The notes below the pieces were generated by a model. It made no database searches. It worked only from the letters and a program-made list of their open reading frames with translations, and had not been told where the DNA came from. Both the position numbers and the translations under genes were made by a program. This document shows, in pieces, positions 43,059 through 51,744 of a stretch of DNA of 64,000 nucleotides (within the stretch, counting starts at the first letter, position 1; the number at the start of each line of letters is the position of its first letter). Source of the stretch: a virus. Its lineage: Duplodnaviria > Heunggongvirae > Uroviricota > Caudoviricetes. Where the stretch lies: positions 64,001 to 128,000 of the IMG/VR virus record IMGVR_UViG_3300042256_000013; one strand, written 5' to 3'.

Positions 43059-43511
43059 TCACGTTCTGGCATGTCGAATTCTCCTGGTAGCTTCGATAAT
43101 CTTATCACAAAATTCAATGTGAGCAATTATAGCATCCATAGGCAGTACTGTCAAGTCCTGTCGGGTCATTTCCATGAAATATCCTTCCTCAGTGCATATC
43201 TTTCTACAGCGGGTGAAATTCACTATTCCATCAGGTGCAGAATGCCGATAATTACCACTATATCGATTAGTGTAATACATCGTTAAGGTATCATTACGAG
43301 AATCATAATTCATGTAAAACGTTCTACCCGTATAAGGCTTATATAGTACTTCTACAAGCCCTTCATCGTTACATTTAATCGTGTAGTTTTCAGAAACATG
43401 AGTAAATGTAAAATAACAATGGTCAGCACGGTTTATAGTTTTATAGACAGTACTAGCTCTCTTTGCGACTCTGCCTAATATGTCGCTGATTGGGTTGGCT
43501 ATCCAACTCAT
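43059..43511 (-). CDS. Hypothetical protein
   Basis: 150 aa ORF. Confidence 0.7.
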   Translation of the reverse strand: MSWIANPISDILGRVAKRASTVYKTINRADHCYFTFTHVSENYTIKCNDEGLVEVLYKPYTGRTFYMNYDSRNDTLTMYYTNRYSGNYRHSAPDGIVNFTRCRKICTEEGYFMEMTRQDLTVLPMDAIIAHIEFCDKIIEATRRIRHART

Positions 43512-43995
43512 TTAAAATCCCTTCCAGATAATCAGAACCTTCTGAGTAATCATTATGTTCCAACCATTCTTTAAGGAATTTTATGGCAAAACTTTGATCT
43601 TCTGTAGACATAACCCGATTCCGTACAGTACTTTCAAAAAAGCGTACATAGTCCAGATAATCAGATGAAACAGAACCTTTTTCTTCACAAAATTCGATAC
43701 ACGTTTGAACATAATGCCTCGTTAGATCCATAGTTCGTTCAACTTCGTTCGAACGTTCCCAGGCATTTGACCACACCTTGTAATGTTCGAACCCAGCTTT
43801 AAAGATATATTCCTCTGGTACATAACCAGACCATTTATCGTTTATATAAACACAATATTCGCTAACTGCCGGGTGCCAATGAACGTATGTAGCACTCCAC
43901 ATAACCTCTGGAAATTCATCAGCAAGATAATCAATGAAATCCTCATTGAGATTAGGGTCTTTGCATTCAAATTCACGGTTAGCGTTGTCTGTCAT
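43453..43995 (-). CDS. Hypothetical protein
   Basis: 180 aa ORF. Confidence 0.72.
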   Translation of the reverse strand: MTDNANREFECKDPNLNEDFIDYLADEFPEVMWSATYVHWHPAVSEYCVYINDKWSGYVPEEYIFKAGFEHYKVWSNAWERSNEVERTMDLTRHYVQTCIEFCEEKGSVSSDYLDYVRFFESTVRNRVMSTEDQSFAIKFLKEWLEHNDYSEGSDYLEGILNELDSQPNQRHIRQSRKES

Positions 43996-44264
43996 TTTAT
44001 CAGGTCATCCATAAAAGTGCAATCGTCATTTTTTGGAGTTTCAACGATTACAACTCCACCGTTGTAATCTGGATGTTCAATATTCCAGTACTCTTCAAGC
44101 ATATCTTCTTCTTCATAGCAAACATCAACATCAAATTTAATGTCAATACCACGTTCAGCAAGAATCTTGTTAACTTGACCAAGAACATATTCAGCACTAT
44201 CCCAAATAGAATGTGCATATTCCATATCTTCATCAGTTACTTTAAATGTTACATTAGTACTCAT
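43992..44264 (-). CDS. Hypothetical protein
   Basis: 90 aa acidic. Confidence 0.72.
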   Translation of the reverse strand: MSTNVTFKVTDEDMEYAHSIWDSAEYVLGQVNKILAERGIDIKFDVDVCYEEEDMLEEYWNIEHPDYNGGVVIVETPKNDDCTFMDDLIK

Positions 44265-44491
44265 TTTTCATCCGTTGGATAGTTATAGAACCCATATCCA
44301 CTAACTTCTTCATATAATTGTCGCATAATACGACGATTAGCTTCTTGTCGGTTATGATGTTCTTCAGTAGTTTCTAAATCAAATTTTCCATCACGCATAA
44401 TCACTCCACGCATTCCGTGCGAATGATCATAACGCATACACATACTTTCTATCAATCGAGCATCCGGCTCTTTTGGTAAATTGGGTTTCAT
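44261..44491 (-). CDS. Hypothetical protein
   Basis: 76 aa, MCMRYDHSHG..MRQLYEEVSGYGFY. Confidence 0.75.
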   Translation of the reverse strand: MKPNLPKEPDARLIESMCMRYDHSHGMRGVIMRDGKFDLETTEEHHNRQEANRRIMRQLYEEVSGYGFYNYPTDEK

Positions 44492-44826
44492 TACTTATCC
44501 TTTATTCCGTTTAATACATCCATGAACTTCTTCACGTCAGTACTTTCAAAGGACAAATGATCCCATTGGGTCATTTTCTGAAAGTGACATGCTTCATCAG
44601 CTAAACGAGAGAAGTTAGGATATTTATAACGGCGTTTAGTATCCATCCAATCTTCTACCAGAAGATAATCAGTATCAGGATAATAACGAAAATTCCAGCA
44701 CTTGTTGAACAGGAAGGTTAAATCAATTTCAACTAACGGAATACCTTCTTTTTTGGTATAACGTTTTGTTAATTCAAAAGCCAAATCATCCGTTCGGTTG
44801 AAATATTCTTTAATGAAATTCATCAT
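44491..44826 (-). CDS. Hypothetical protein
   Basis: 111 aa ORF. Confidence 0.72.
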   Translation of the reverse strand: MMNFIKEYFNRTDDLAFELTKRYTKKEGIPLVEIDLTFLFNKCWNFRYYPDTDYLLVEDWMDTKRRYKYPNFSRLADEACHFQKMTQWDHLSFESTDVKKFMDVLNGIKDK

Positions 44827-45617
44827 AAAGATAACATAGCCTCAACGATAGGTGGAATCTCACATTCGTAGAATCCAGCACAATTGATATTATTAATTTC
44901 CAGTACTTTGAAACCTTCAGATGTTTCAGCGAAGTCCATTACGAAAGCATCAGCAGGAACCCATTTAGAACAGAGTTCTTCAGCCTTGTCAATGATTTCT
45001 TGTGGAACAACTTTGTTGGTACAGAAATTACCACGAACCTTATACAAAGAGTGAGATACTACTTTACCTTTTACAATAAAAAGACGGTACTCAGAGATAA
45101 TATCTTTTGCTTCAGATAGCAGTACTTCAAAATCAGGTTCACCGTAGAATGAAAAATATGCATCAACTTCTTGTTTGAAGTTACAACGTTCAACTACACG
45201 TGCTGCCATAACTTTAGTGTCATGTACTGGACGAATGAAGAATTTGTTCCAACCTGGATCTTGAATAGTACCCATAGTAGTGAAAATACATTTACCGTTC
45301 AGGAAGTTCTCAGAACCCCATTCACGCATTTGAACTTCAATGCTTAGATTTTCATTAATGAATCCACCAGGAGTATACCCTTCCTCAATCAATTGTTGAG
45401 CTAAGGCATAACTACCAAATGACATAGTAGGAACACTTTTATCAAAATATTTCTCATATGTAGCATCACTGTAATCTTCAACATCTTCAGGAACGAAGAT
45501 ATTCAAATATGGAACAGGTTTAACAGAAGTATGTGAAATGTTGTTCTGTACCATGTATTCTTTCATGATACGGAATCCATCTTCGTTGAAGTACTTATCC
45601 ATAATCAAGAAGTGCAT
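44823..45617 (-). CDS. ATP-grasp domain protein (R2K-like)
   Basis: FFIRPVHDTK..EYRLFIVKGKVV..FVMDFA..KVLEINNINCAGFY; start MHFLIM. Confidence 0.8.
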   Translation of the reverse strand: MHFLIMDKYFNEDGFRIMKEYMVQNNISHTSVKPVPYLNIFVPEDVEDYSDATYEKYFDKSVPTMSFGSYALAQQLIEEGYTPGGFINENLSIEVQMREWGSENFLNGKCIFTTMGTIQDPGWNKFFIRPVHDTKVMAARVVERCNFKQEVDAYFSFYGEPDFEVLLSEAKDIISEYRLFIVKGKVVSHSLYKVRGNFCTNKVVPQEIIDKAEELCSKWVPADAFVMDFAETSEGFKVLEINNINCAGFYECEIPPIVEAMLSL

Positions 45618-45618
45618 A

Positions 45619-45759
45619 TTAGTTTCCACCTGGACAGAATACATTACCGCATAGCGGACCACCGTCATTATCCCTGCGACCACAAGTACTGCAAGTACCA
45701 TAACATGGGTTTTGTTTAATAGGAATTAGACGAATAATTTTAAATTTAGATGTTTGCAT
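45619..45759 (-). CDS. 46-aa Cys-rich peptide
   Basis: MQTSKF..CYGTCSTCGRRDNDGGPLCGNVFCPGGN fills the gap; absent from ORF track. Confidence 0.5.
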   Translation of the reverse strand: MQTSKFKIIRLIPIKQNPCYGTCSTCGRRDNDGGPLCGNVFCPGGN

Positions 45760-45994
45760 GAAAGTAATCCATATATTGATACGGAATAGTAAAGCTGTTC
45801 AAAAGTTTAACACCATTCTCAGTGTTATAATCTTCAATAACAAAAGTATCACCAACTTTAATATCATTAGGCAAAGCCCAACCATATTCAGTAATGAAAC
45901 GTTCATCAATTAGTTTTAAACGGTCATACCCATTACGAAGATCCGACATGGTATAACACCATGTATAATTAGTACTTTCGTTAAAATCGCCCAT
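45746..45994 (-). CDS. Hypothetical protein
   Basis: 82 aa, GGAG RBS. Confidence 0.7.
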   Translation of the reverse strand: MGDFNESTNYTWCYTMSDLRNGYDRLKLIDERFITEYGWALPNDIKVGDTFVIEDYNTENGVKLLNSFTIPYQYMDYFHANI

Positions 45995-46010
45995 ACGTAC
46001 TCCACAAATG

Positions 46011-46034
46011 AAAAAACCAGCAAGAAGCTGGTTT
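46011..46034 (-). terminator. Terminator
   Basis: AAACCAGC-TTCTT-GCTGGTTTTTT. Confidence 0.78.
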
Positions 46035-46041
46035 AATTAAT

Positions 46042-46164
46042 TAGTTGGGAATCAAGGAATCGAACCTTATCTCACGGCTCCCTATGCAATTGTATTGGTT
46101 GCTGTGAAATTCCTGTTGCAAGAATTTATGTTATAACGTTGTGCTGCCATTACACCAATTCCCG
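46042..46164 (-). ncRNA. tRNA-like RNA with CAGCA-module insert
   Basis: CGGGAAT/ATTCCCA (C-A at 1-72), GTG-TAATGGCAG-CAC, AAATTCTTG/CAGGAATTT-CACAGCAA, TAAGG-TTCGATT-CCTTG. Confidence 0.8.
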
Positions 46165-46169
46165 ATAAG

Positions 46170-46360
46170 TACCTTTCGGTACTGTTTAGTGTCATTCTGT
46201 TTCTTGGCTGACATGCCTCAGAAATAATTCGAGTACAGCTAGTGCTGTGTTTGAGCTAATAATAGCAACAGTTTAAGTCTGCTTGCTAAGACTTTATGAA
46301 TAATAGAAAAATAAGCATTACAGCTTTTCTACATAGTTACGAGGTAAGAACTTACCAAGT
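46170..46360 (-). ncRNA. Candidate multi-hairpin RNA
   Basis: GGTAAG/CTTACC, AAGTCT/AGACTT, AGTACC-GAAA-GGTACT; no credible ORF. Confidence 0.35.
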
Positions 46361-46363
46361 AAA

Positions 46364-46438
46364 TAGTGCTCCCACTCCGAATTGAACGGAGATGAGCGGG
46401 TTACAAATCCGCCATAATAGCCTTTATATGATGAGAGC
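46364..46438 (-). tRNA. tRNA-Thr(TGT)
   Basis: GCGG-ATTTGTAAC-CCGC, loop TTTGTAA. Confidence 0.9.
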
Positions 46439-46440
46439 AG

Positions 46441-46790
46441 TGGTACATTTTTATTTATCAATATAAAAATGACCAAAAAGATTGTGTTGAAGAAGCGAAG
46501 CAACCAGGCAACCAGGCAACCCAGCAACCGTACAATCAAGTTGAATGCCGTTTCCACAACCAAGCAAGTTATAATAACTGTTCAGTATAAACGGAGCAAA
46601 CTCTTCAATAGTAGATTACATAAATTGTAATTGACCATTCTTCATATGAGAAGATAAAAGCGTTGAAAATTCATTCAACGTGCTTCTTCAACAAGGGGAG
46701 TTAGAGAGAGTATGTTAAGCGACAATCAATAACTCCAAATAGGATAGTTAACTATCTCCACCACCAGCTTTTTACTTTAGCTGGAAAAGT
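46441..46790 (-). ncRNA. Long non-coding structured region with (GGTTGC)x4
   Basis: Hairpins CCAGCT/AGCTGG, GATAG-TTAA-CTATC, CGTTGA/TCAACG; four GCAACC at 8-nt period 46500-46529. Confidence 0.45.
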
Positions 46791-46792
46791 GA

Positions 46793-47371
46793 TTAAAGAA
46801 CCTGAAGTTCTTTAAACAGTACTGCAAACTTGTCGTCGATTTCGATCTCAAGCTTGTTGTTGATATAAGCGAGTTTATCGCTTACACCTTCTTGTTCTTG
46901 TTTCAACTGAACGTACAGCGTGTTCAAGTTGTTGTGCATCACTTCAGAGATTCCACCTACACGAGTGTAAGTACTGCGATACTCAGAAGAACTGTTGTGC
47001 ATATCTTGTACTTCACGTACAGCCTTAGCCAGCAATTCTTCATCAGTGGTTTTTATTTTCTCACGGAACGAAGCCAGTACTTTCATCTGGCCTTCAATCA
47101 GAACCTTACGGCTCAGAAGGGCATCAACGGAATTACCGTCGATTTCAGTTCCGTTCGCTTTCTGCAAAGCGGCACGAATGACGTTAATCGCTTCGTGGAC
47201 ATTCAATGCAGTTTCCACTGCTTTGAAATTGCTGCTATTTACAGCTACAATAGCTGCTTGTACTTCTTCAGCACTTGAAGTATGGTGTAAGTCTTTTTGT
47301 TCAAAACGCAAACCGGACTTTTGGCCTAAATCTTTAACCAGGCGATGTGCCTTACGCAATGTCAATTTCAT
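46793..47371 (-). CDS. Coiled-coil hypothetical protein
   Basis: 192 aa, MKLTLRKAHRL, GGAGA RBS. Confidence 0.8.
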   Translation of the reverse strand: MKLTLRKAHRLVKDLGQKSGLRFEQKDLHHTSSAEEVQAAIVAVNSSNFKAVETALNVHEAINVIRAALQKANGTEIDGNSVDALLSRKVLIEGQMKVLASFREKIKTTDEELLAKAVREVQDMHNSSSEYRSTYTRVGGISEVMHNNLNTLYVQLKQEQEGVSDKLAYINNKLEIEIDDKFAVLFKELQVL

Positions 47372-47412
47372 ATTTGATTCTCCACAATTTGTTCAATTTC
47401 TTTCATGTCTAC

Positions 47413-47441
47413 ATTATACCACAAAATTTTGAACCGTTTCA
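47413..47441 (-). promoter_or_regulatory. Class-II promoter
   Basis: TGAAACG-N16-TATAAT. Confidence 0.7.
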
Positions 47442-47488
47442 AAATTTTTAACTTAAAGGTGGATAATTTTTATTATCCACATATGACA

Positions 47489-48049
47489 TTATTCTACTGA
47501 ATTATGAGATGCTTCAACTTCATCAAATAATTCATTATTCATAGCAATCAAATCAGCGTACCAGAAAATTCCGGTATCACCAGTACTGATCGGCAAATCA
47601 TTTACAGCAGCGAACAGCAGTTCTGCTTTAGTAATATCACAACGTGTCCAAGTACCATTGGTAAATCCTGTTAGGATAGTAAATTCACCTCGGCTATCTT
47701 CAGAAAGTTTTTCAGTCAAATAGACAGTATTAATCATGTCATCCTGGTGGGATCGAAGCATTTGATTAGTACTATTAATATAAGACATAAGATTGAAGTT
47801 CGCTTCAGTTGTTACTAGGAAACGTTCAAAACCTTCAGATTTATCTAGTTTAAAATCTAGAGTAAATCCAAGTTTCTGAACTACTTTCTCCATAAGGAAC
47901 AATTCATAACCATGATAAATGGTTGGATCACCATCACGTGCAAATACACGGATTGCCAAGTAATCGTCTTCAATTACAGTTTCAAAATTATCATTATCAG
48001 CTAAAAACGCTTCAATGCGTTTAATAACGTCTTGTACTTCTTTTAACAT
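47489..48049 (-). CDS. Hypothetical protein
   Basis: 186 aa ORF. Confidence 0.75.
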   Translation of the reverse strand: MLKEVQDVIKRIEAFLADNDNFETVIEDDYLAIRVFARDGDPTIYHGYELFLMEKVVQKLGFTLDFKLDKSEGFERFLVTTEANFNLMSYINSTNQMLRSHQDDMINTVYLTEKLSEDSRGEFTILTGFTNGTWTRCDITKAELLFAAVNDLPISTGDTGIFWYADLIAMNNELFDEVEASHNSVE

Positions 48050-48627
48050 TAGATTCCCTCTATAAATTGTAATACTTCATTCCAGGTCGGAAATTCTTCT
48101 GAACCAAAATGAATGAATGTACCTTCAAATGATTCGCAGTTCGCTTTATGCGGTCTGTCATCAATAAGTACATCTCCACGCAGACAACCCTTGTCTGGTG
48201 TAATAATTGTTTTATCAAGTAATTCTGGAATATATTCGTTAATCCAGTGTTTTTTCTCAGAATCTGCTAAGAGATTATGAGTAGGAGTTTTAGTTGCGAT
48301 CCAAACATTGTGTCCAGCAGCAATTAATTTACGAACTGCTTCTATAGCACCTTCAATTGGGTCTAAACGAATATAAGTACCTGGTTTCAGTTTTACTGAT
48401 TTAGGATTACGACCTTTAAGATTAGCTTCAAAGTCTGCAATCACACCATCCATATCAACATATATACGTAATGGTCTAGTGCTTTTCAGTACTGATAATG
48501 GTACAGGTTCTGATTGTCTTTGTGCATGTGGATATTCATGTCCATTAGCACAAGTTGTCGGGCCAACCGGATTACGGGCAGCACTTACACCTTCAGCACC
48601 ACATTTGGGGCAATAGCCATATGGCAT
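48049..48627 (-). CDS. 5'(3')-deoxyribonucleotidase (HAD, NT5C type) with N-terminal Zn ribbon
   Basis: IYVDMDGVIADF, IATK, GDVLIDDRP; N-terminal CPKC...CANGH. Confidence 0.88.
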   Translation of the reverse strand: MPYGYCPKCGAEGVSAARNPVGPTTCANGHEYPHAQRQSEPVPLSVLKSTRPLRIYVDMDGVIADFEANLKGRNPKSVKLKPGTYIRLDPIEGAIEAVRKLIAAGHNVWIATKTPTHNLLADSEKKHWINEYIPELLDKTIITPDKGCLRGDVLIDDRPHKANCESFEGTFIHFGSEEFPTWNEVLQFIEGI

Positions 48628-48629
48628 AG

Positions 48630-48962
48630 TTAGTCCTTTTTTGATTCTTCTGGAGGGGTTGGATTAAACATTGGTGGAATAGTACCGCGAGGTTTCTTTC
48701 CATAATGTATATCATGACGAATCCAATCATGCTCACTTAGGCATTTTCTAAATTCGTTATATTGGTAACTATTTAGTTGGACTAAATTGGTAGTTGGACG
48801 TATGAACACCTTTCCTCTATCCCAATCAAACCCTTTTTGAGCACCACGTATTTGAGCACATGGAGATGAACCAACTGTATAATACGTGTAAGTAGCAGGA
48901 ATTACTACTTCAGCATCTAAATCACAATCTAATAATTGTTCGATTAATTCTTGTACTGTCAT
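48630..48962 (-). CDS. Hypothetical protein
   Basis: Start MTVQELIEQL. Confidence 0.7.
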   Translation of the reverse strand: MTVQELIEQLLDCDLDAEVVIPATYTYYTVGSSPCAQIRGAQKGFDWDRGKVFIRPTTNLVQLNSYQYNEFRKCLSEHDWIRHDIHYGKKPRGTIPPMFNPTPPEESKKD

Positions 48963-49009
48963 TATTGTACCAATAAAAAAAGACGCGTTAAGCATCTTTC
49001 TGTTTAAAT

Positions 49010-49038
49010 ATTCTATAATATTAGTTTCAATCCGTCAA
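49010..49038 (-). promoter_or_regulatory. sigma70-type promoter
   Basis: TTGACG-N17-TAGAAT. Confidence 0.65.
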
Positions 49039-49046
49039 GGATTTTT

Positions 49047-49121
49047 TAGCGGAAGCACAAGGAATCGAACCCTGATCTTGTGGTTTGGAGCCACACATAA
49101 TCGCCGTTATACTACACTCCC
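49047..49121 (-). tRNA. tRNA-Trp(CCA)
   Basis: TGTGG-CTCCAAA-CCACA. Confidence 0.93.
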
Positions 49122-49182
49122 AAATCGAGAGAGGGGGAAGTACTGAAAAAGTACTAACAATTCCTCTCTCTGGTATTATTTA

Positions 49183-50376
49183 TTACTTACCATCGAACAT
49201 GGTTTCAATCACATCCGGTGATTCAGCTTTACTGAATTTAACGTGCAGACGGTGTTCACCGAACTGACGATTAATAACAATACTGGTACTGTTAACAACG
49301 GTATCAGCTTTGTTGAATTCCAGATTCAGCAAGTACTGAATTTCTTTGACTGGTGTTTCAACTTCTTCACCATCAACATCTACTTCAGTTCCGTCATCTT
49401 CATCTTCCCAATCAATGTCGTACACACGAGCCTCGATTGCTTTCAACTCTTTCTCAAGAGTTCCTTCATCTGCGAAGAGATATGCACGAAGGGTATCGTA
49501 CTTCGCCATGAATGAGAAGCTTGTCATGCGGTTTGTATATTTCTCGTCAAACTTGACTTCTTTACCATCAATGGTGAATTCAGATATTACGAAGGAGTTA
49601 CCTTCACGAGCTTCTACTTCAACGTTCAGTTCACGGAAGGTTTCAGTGAAACTTTGAGTTGGGTAGCGGTTCAGTTCTTCAATAAGACACTGGATCATAT
49701 CGAAGCTGATAGTTTCAGCTACTTCCCAAAGGGTTTCGAACTGAGGAATATAGCTCTTATTTACCAGTTTGTCGTTCAGCAGTTCTACCATAACCTGCTT
49801 AGCCAGTTTCTTATACTCGAAGTGGTAGAAAATACGGCTTGGACGGTTACGAAGGAACTCGGAAACGTTACGGTTGTTTGAGGTAAGGATGTACAACTTG
49901 TTGTACGAACCAGTGCCATCAAGCAAAGTTAGAATCGCTTCCTGATGTTCACGTTCTGCGTAAACTTTCTCAAATTCATCAAACAGAATCAAAGCTTTGT
50001 CTTCGATAGCTTTGATGAAGTTAATGAAAGAACCATCAGTATAGCAGTTCTGGATGATAATGGTTGGAATACCCATTTCACCTAAAGCAATACTCACATC
50101 TTTTGCAAGCTGAGTTTTACCAGCACCTTTAGTACCGCTTAGCAATACACCAGTATTAGAACCTTTACGAGATAAGAAAGTGTTGATCACTTTGTTGTTA
50201 CGTGAAGCCATTTCACCGTAAACTTTCGCAGGGCGAGTAAACGGAGTGGACTTCAATAGGTAGTACTGCCCATTTTGTGGGTTGAATTCCACGGTATAAG
50301 TACCCGCTGGAATCGCCTCAATTTTGTTACCAAATTCACGAGCAATCGTGATAATATCACCGCTTTGATTGTACAT
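49183..50376 (-). CDS. AAA+ ATPase
   Basis: GVLLSGTKGAGKT, ILFDEFEK, LTSN, NRPSR. Confidence 0.9.
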   Translation of the reverse strand: MYNQSGDIITIAREFGNKIEAIPAGTYTVEFNPQNGQYYLLKSTPFTRPAKVYGEMASRNNKVINTFLSRKGSNTGVLLSGTKGAGKTQLAKDVSIALGEMGIPTIIIQNCYTDGSFINFIKAIEDKALILFDEFEKVYAEREHQEAILTLLDGTGSYNKLYILTSNNRNVSEFLRNRPSRIFYHFEYKKLAKQVMVELLNDKLVNKSYIPQFETLWEVAETISFDMIQCLIEELNRYPTQSFTETFRELNVEVEAREGNSFVISEFTIDGKEVKFDEKYTNRMTSFSFMAKYDTLRAYLFADEGTLEKELKAIEARVYDIDWEDEDDGTEVDVDGEEVETPVKEIQYLLNLEFNKADTVVNSTSIVINRQFGEHRLHVKFSKAESPDVIETMFDGK

Positions 50377-50428
50377 CTTAATTCCTGTATAGAGATTTAG
50401 GTATTTGCTTCTTTGTTACGTGTTACTT

Positions 50429-50458
50429 AAAAAGAAAGCCCAAGTTATTGAGCTTTCA
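50429..50458 (-). terminator. Terminator
   Basis: GAAAGCTC-AATAAC-TTGGGCTTTC-TTTT. Confidence 0.65.
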
Positions 50459-50464
50459 TAAATC

Positions 50465-51739
50465 TTATTTTGCTTTAAGATGAAGTTCTAAGTTCTTGTT
50501 CCAGATAAGGCTGCGAAGGAATTTATTTTCTTTTTTAGCTAAATCTTCTGAACTGAACACTACAACATCTTTATCGCCAATCAGATTATTAATGTACGAT
50601 AAATGTTCTTCAAGCTGTTCTTCACCTTCGTACCAGTATTGTAAACGTTCTACAATTTTCGGTACTGTCAATTCTTGCCATGATGCAGTGAATTTTTCAG
50701 TTAGAACATGTTCGTCTTCTTCCCACTCAGCATCAAGTACTGATATTGCATTTGCTACTTTATGTAAGAATGCACTATCAGCAGCACGATCATGGTCTTG
50801 ACCAGAAATCATAATTGGGCGATACATCAAATTACGAGCTTGCATACGTTCATTGAAATAAATTGCTTCATGTTCCAATGTACGAATAGCAGTTAAATCA
50901 AGTTCTACCGCTCGATCAGGATTCTTTGCATTGAAATCAGTTACAGCATCTACAATGTCAGCATAGATAGTAGTAGTATCGTAAGCATAATGCATTTTAT
51001 ATGACGCACGTTCATGAACACGACGAGATGCCATACGTAACGCACGGGTATGCATTTCGTCTTCTGTAATTTTTCCAGATTTCATATCATCTTGAAAGTA
51101 CTCATAGTATTCCTTGGATGCCAATGCAAGTTCAATATCAAGATTTCGAGAAAGTTCTTTCTGTAAAGAAATTTGGAAATTGCGATTTTCATAAGGATGA
51201 AAATCACTATCATATCCAACACCATCAGGATAACCAATATATACTTCGTGAATTTCATCCAACATCAATTGATATACACTTTCATGAATCGCCATGATGC
51301 CAAGGTACGGAGTATTAATATCTGCATACCCGCTCAACCAGAAGCACTCACGATGATGCATATCAAATACAAGTTTCCATGTAAGATCAGATGCTGGAAT
51401 ATCGAGAAAGTCTTCTGCCCATCCACCACGATAATCTTTACCTTCTTCACGAGTTTGCATTACGTAGTTCTGACGCAGTTTCATCATAATGAAACGTGCT
51501 TCAATACTTTCTTCATCAACTTCGTAATTGTCATAATCTGCATATTTCGCTTTCAGCGGGAATCCACCGATTACCTGAAAATCATCCCAAGGATAACACT
51601 GACAGCCATGAGCTAAGCCAGTTTTCTTTACGTCAGTTTTAACATAAAGCTTACTTGAGGCTAAAAGAAAAAGGCGAACTTCATCACCTTCAAGGATTGG
51701 CGTATTAGAAACCGCACAAGTGGTATTGAACGAACCCAT
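50465..51739 (-). CDS. Hypothetical protein
   Basis: 424 aa, MGSFNTTCAVSNTPI. Confidence 0.85.
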   Translation of the reverse strand: MGSFNTTCAVSNTPILEGDEVRLFLLASSKLYVKTDVKKTGLAHGCQCYPWDDFQVIGGFPLKAKYADYDNYEVDEESIEARFIMMKLRQNYVMQTREEGKDYRGGWAEDFLDIPASDLTWKLVFDMHHRECFWLSGYADINTPYLGIMAIHESVYQLMLDEIHEVYIGYPDGVGYDSDFHPYENRNFQISLQKELSRNLDIELALASKEYYEYFQDDMKSGKITEDEMHTRALRMASRRVHERASYKMHYAYDTTTIYADIVDAVTDFNAKNPDRAVELDLTAIRTLEHEAIYFNERMQARNLMYRPIMISGQDHDRAADSAFLHKVANAISVLDAEWEEDEHVLTEKFTASWQELTVPKIVERLQYWYEGEEQLEEHLSYINNLIGDKDVVVFSSEDLAKKENKFLRSLIWNKNLELHLKAK

Positions 51740-51744
51740 TAAAG

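Noticed and set aside
46318-46563. 81-aa membrane ORF
   Set aside because: Runs through tRNA-Thr and has no RBS; hydrophobicity arises from the GGTTGC repeats.
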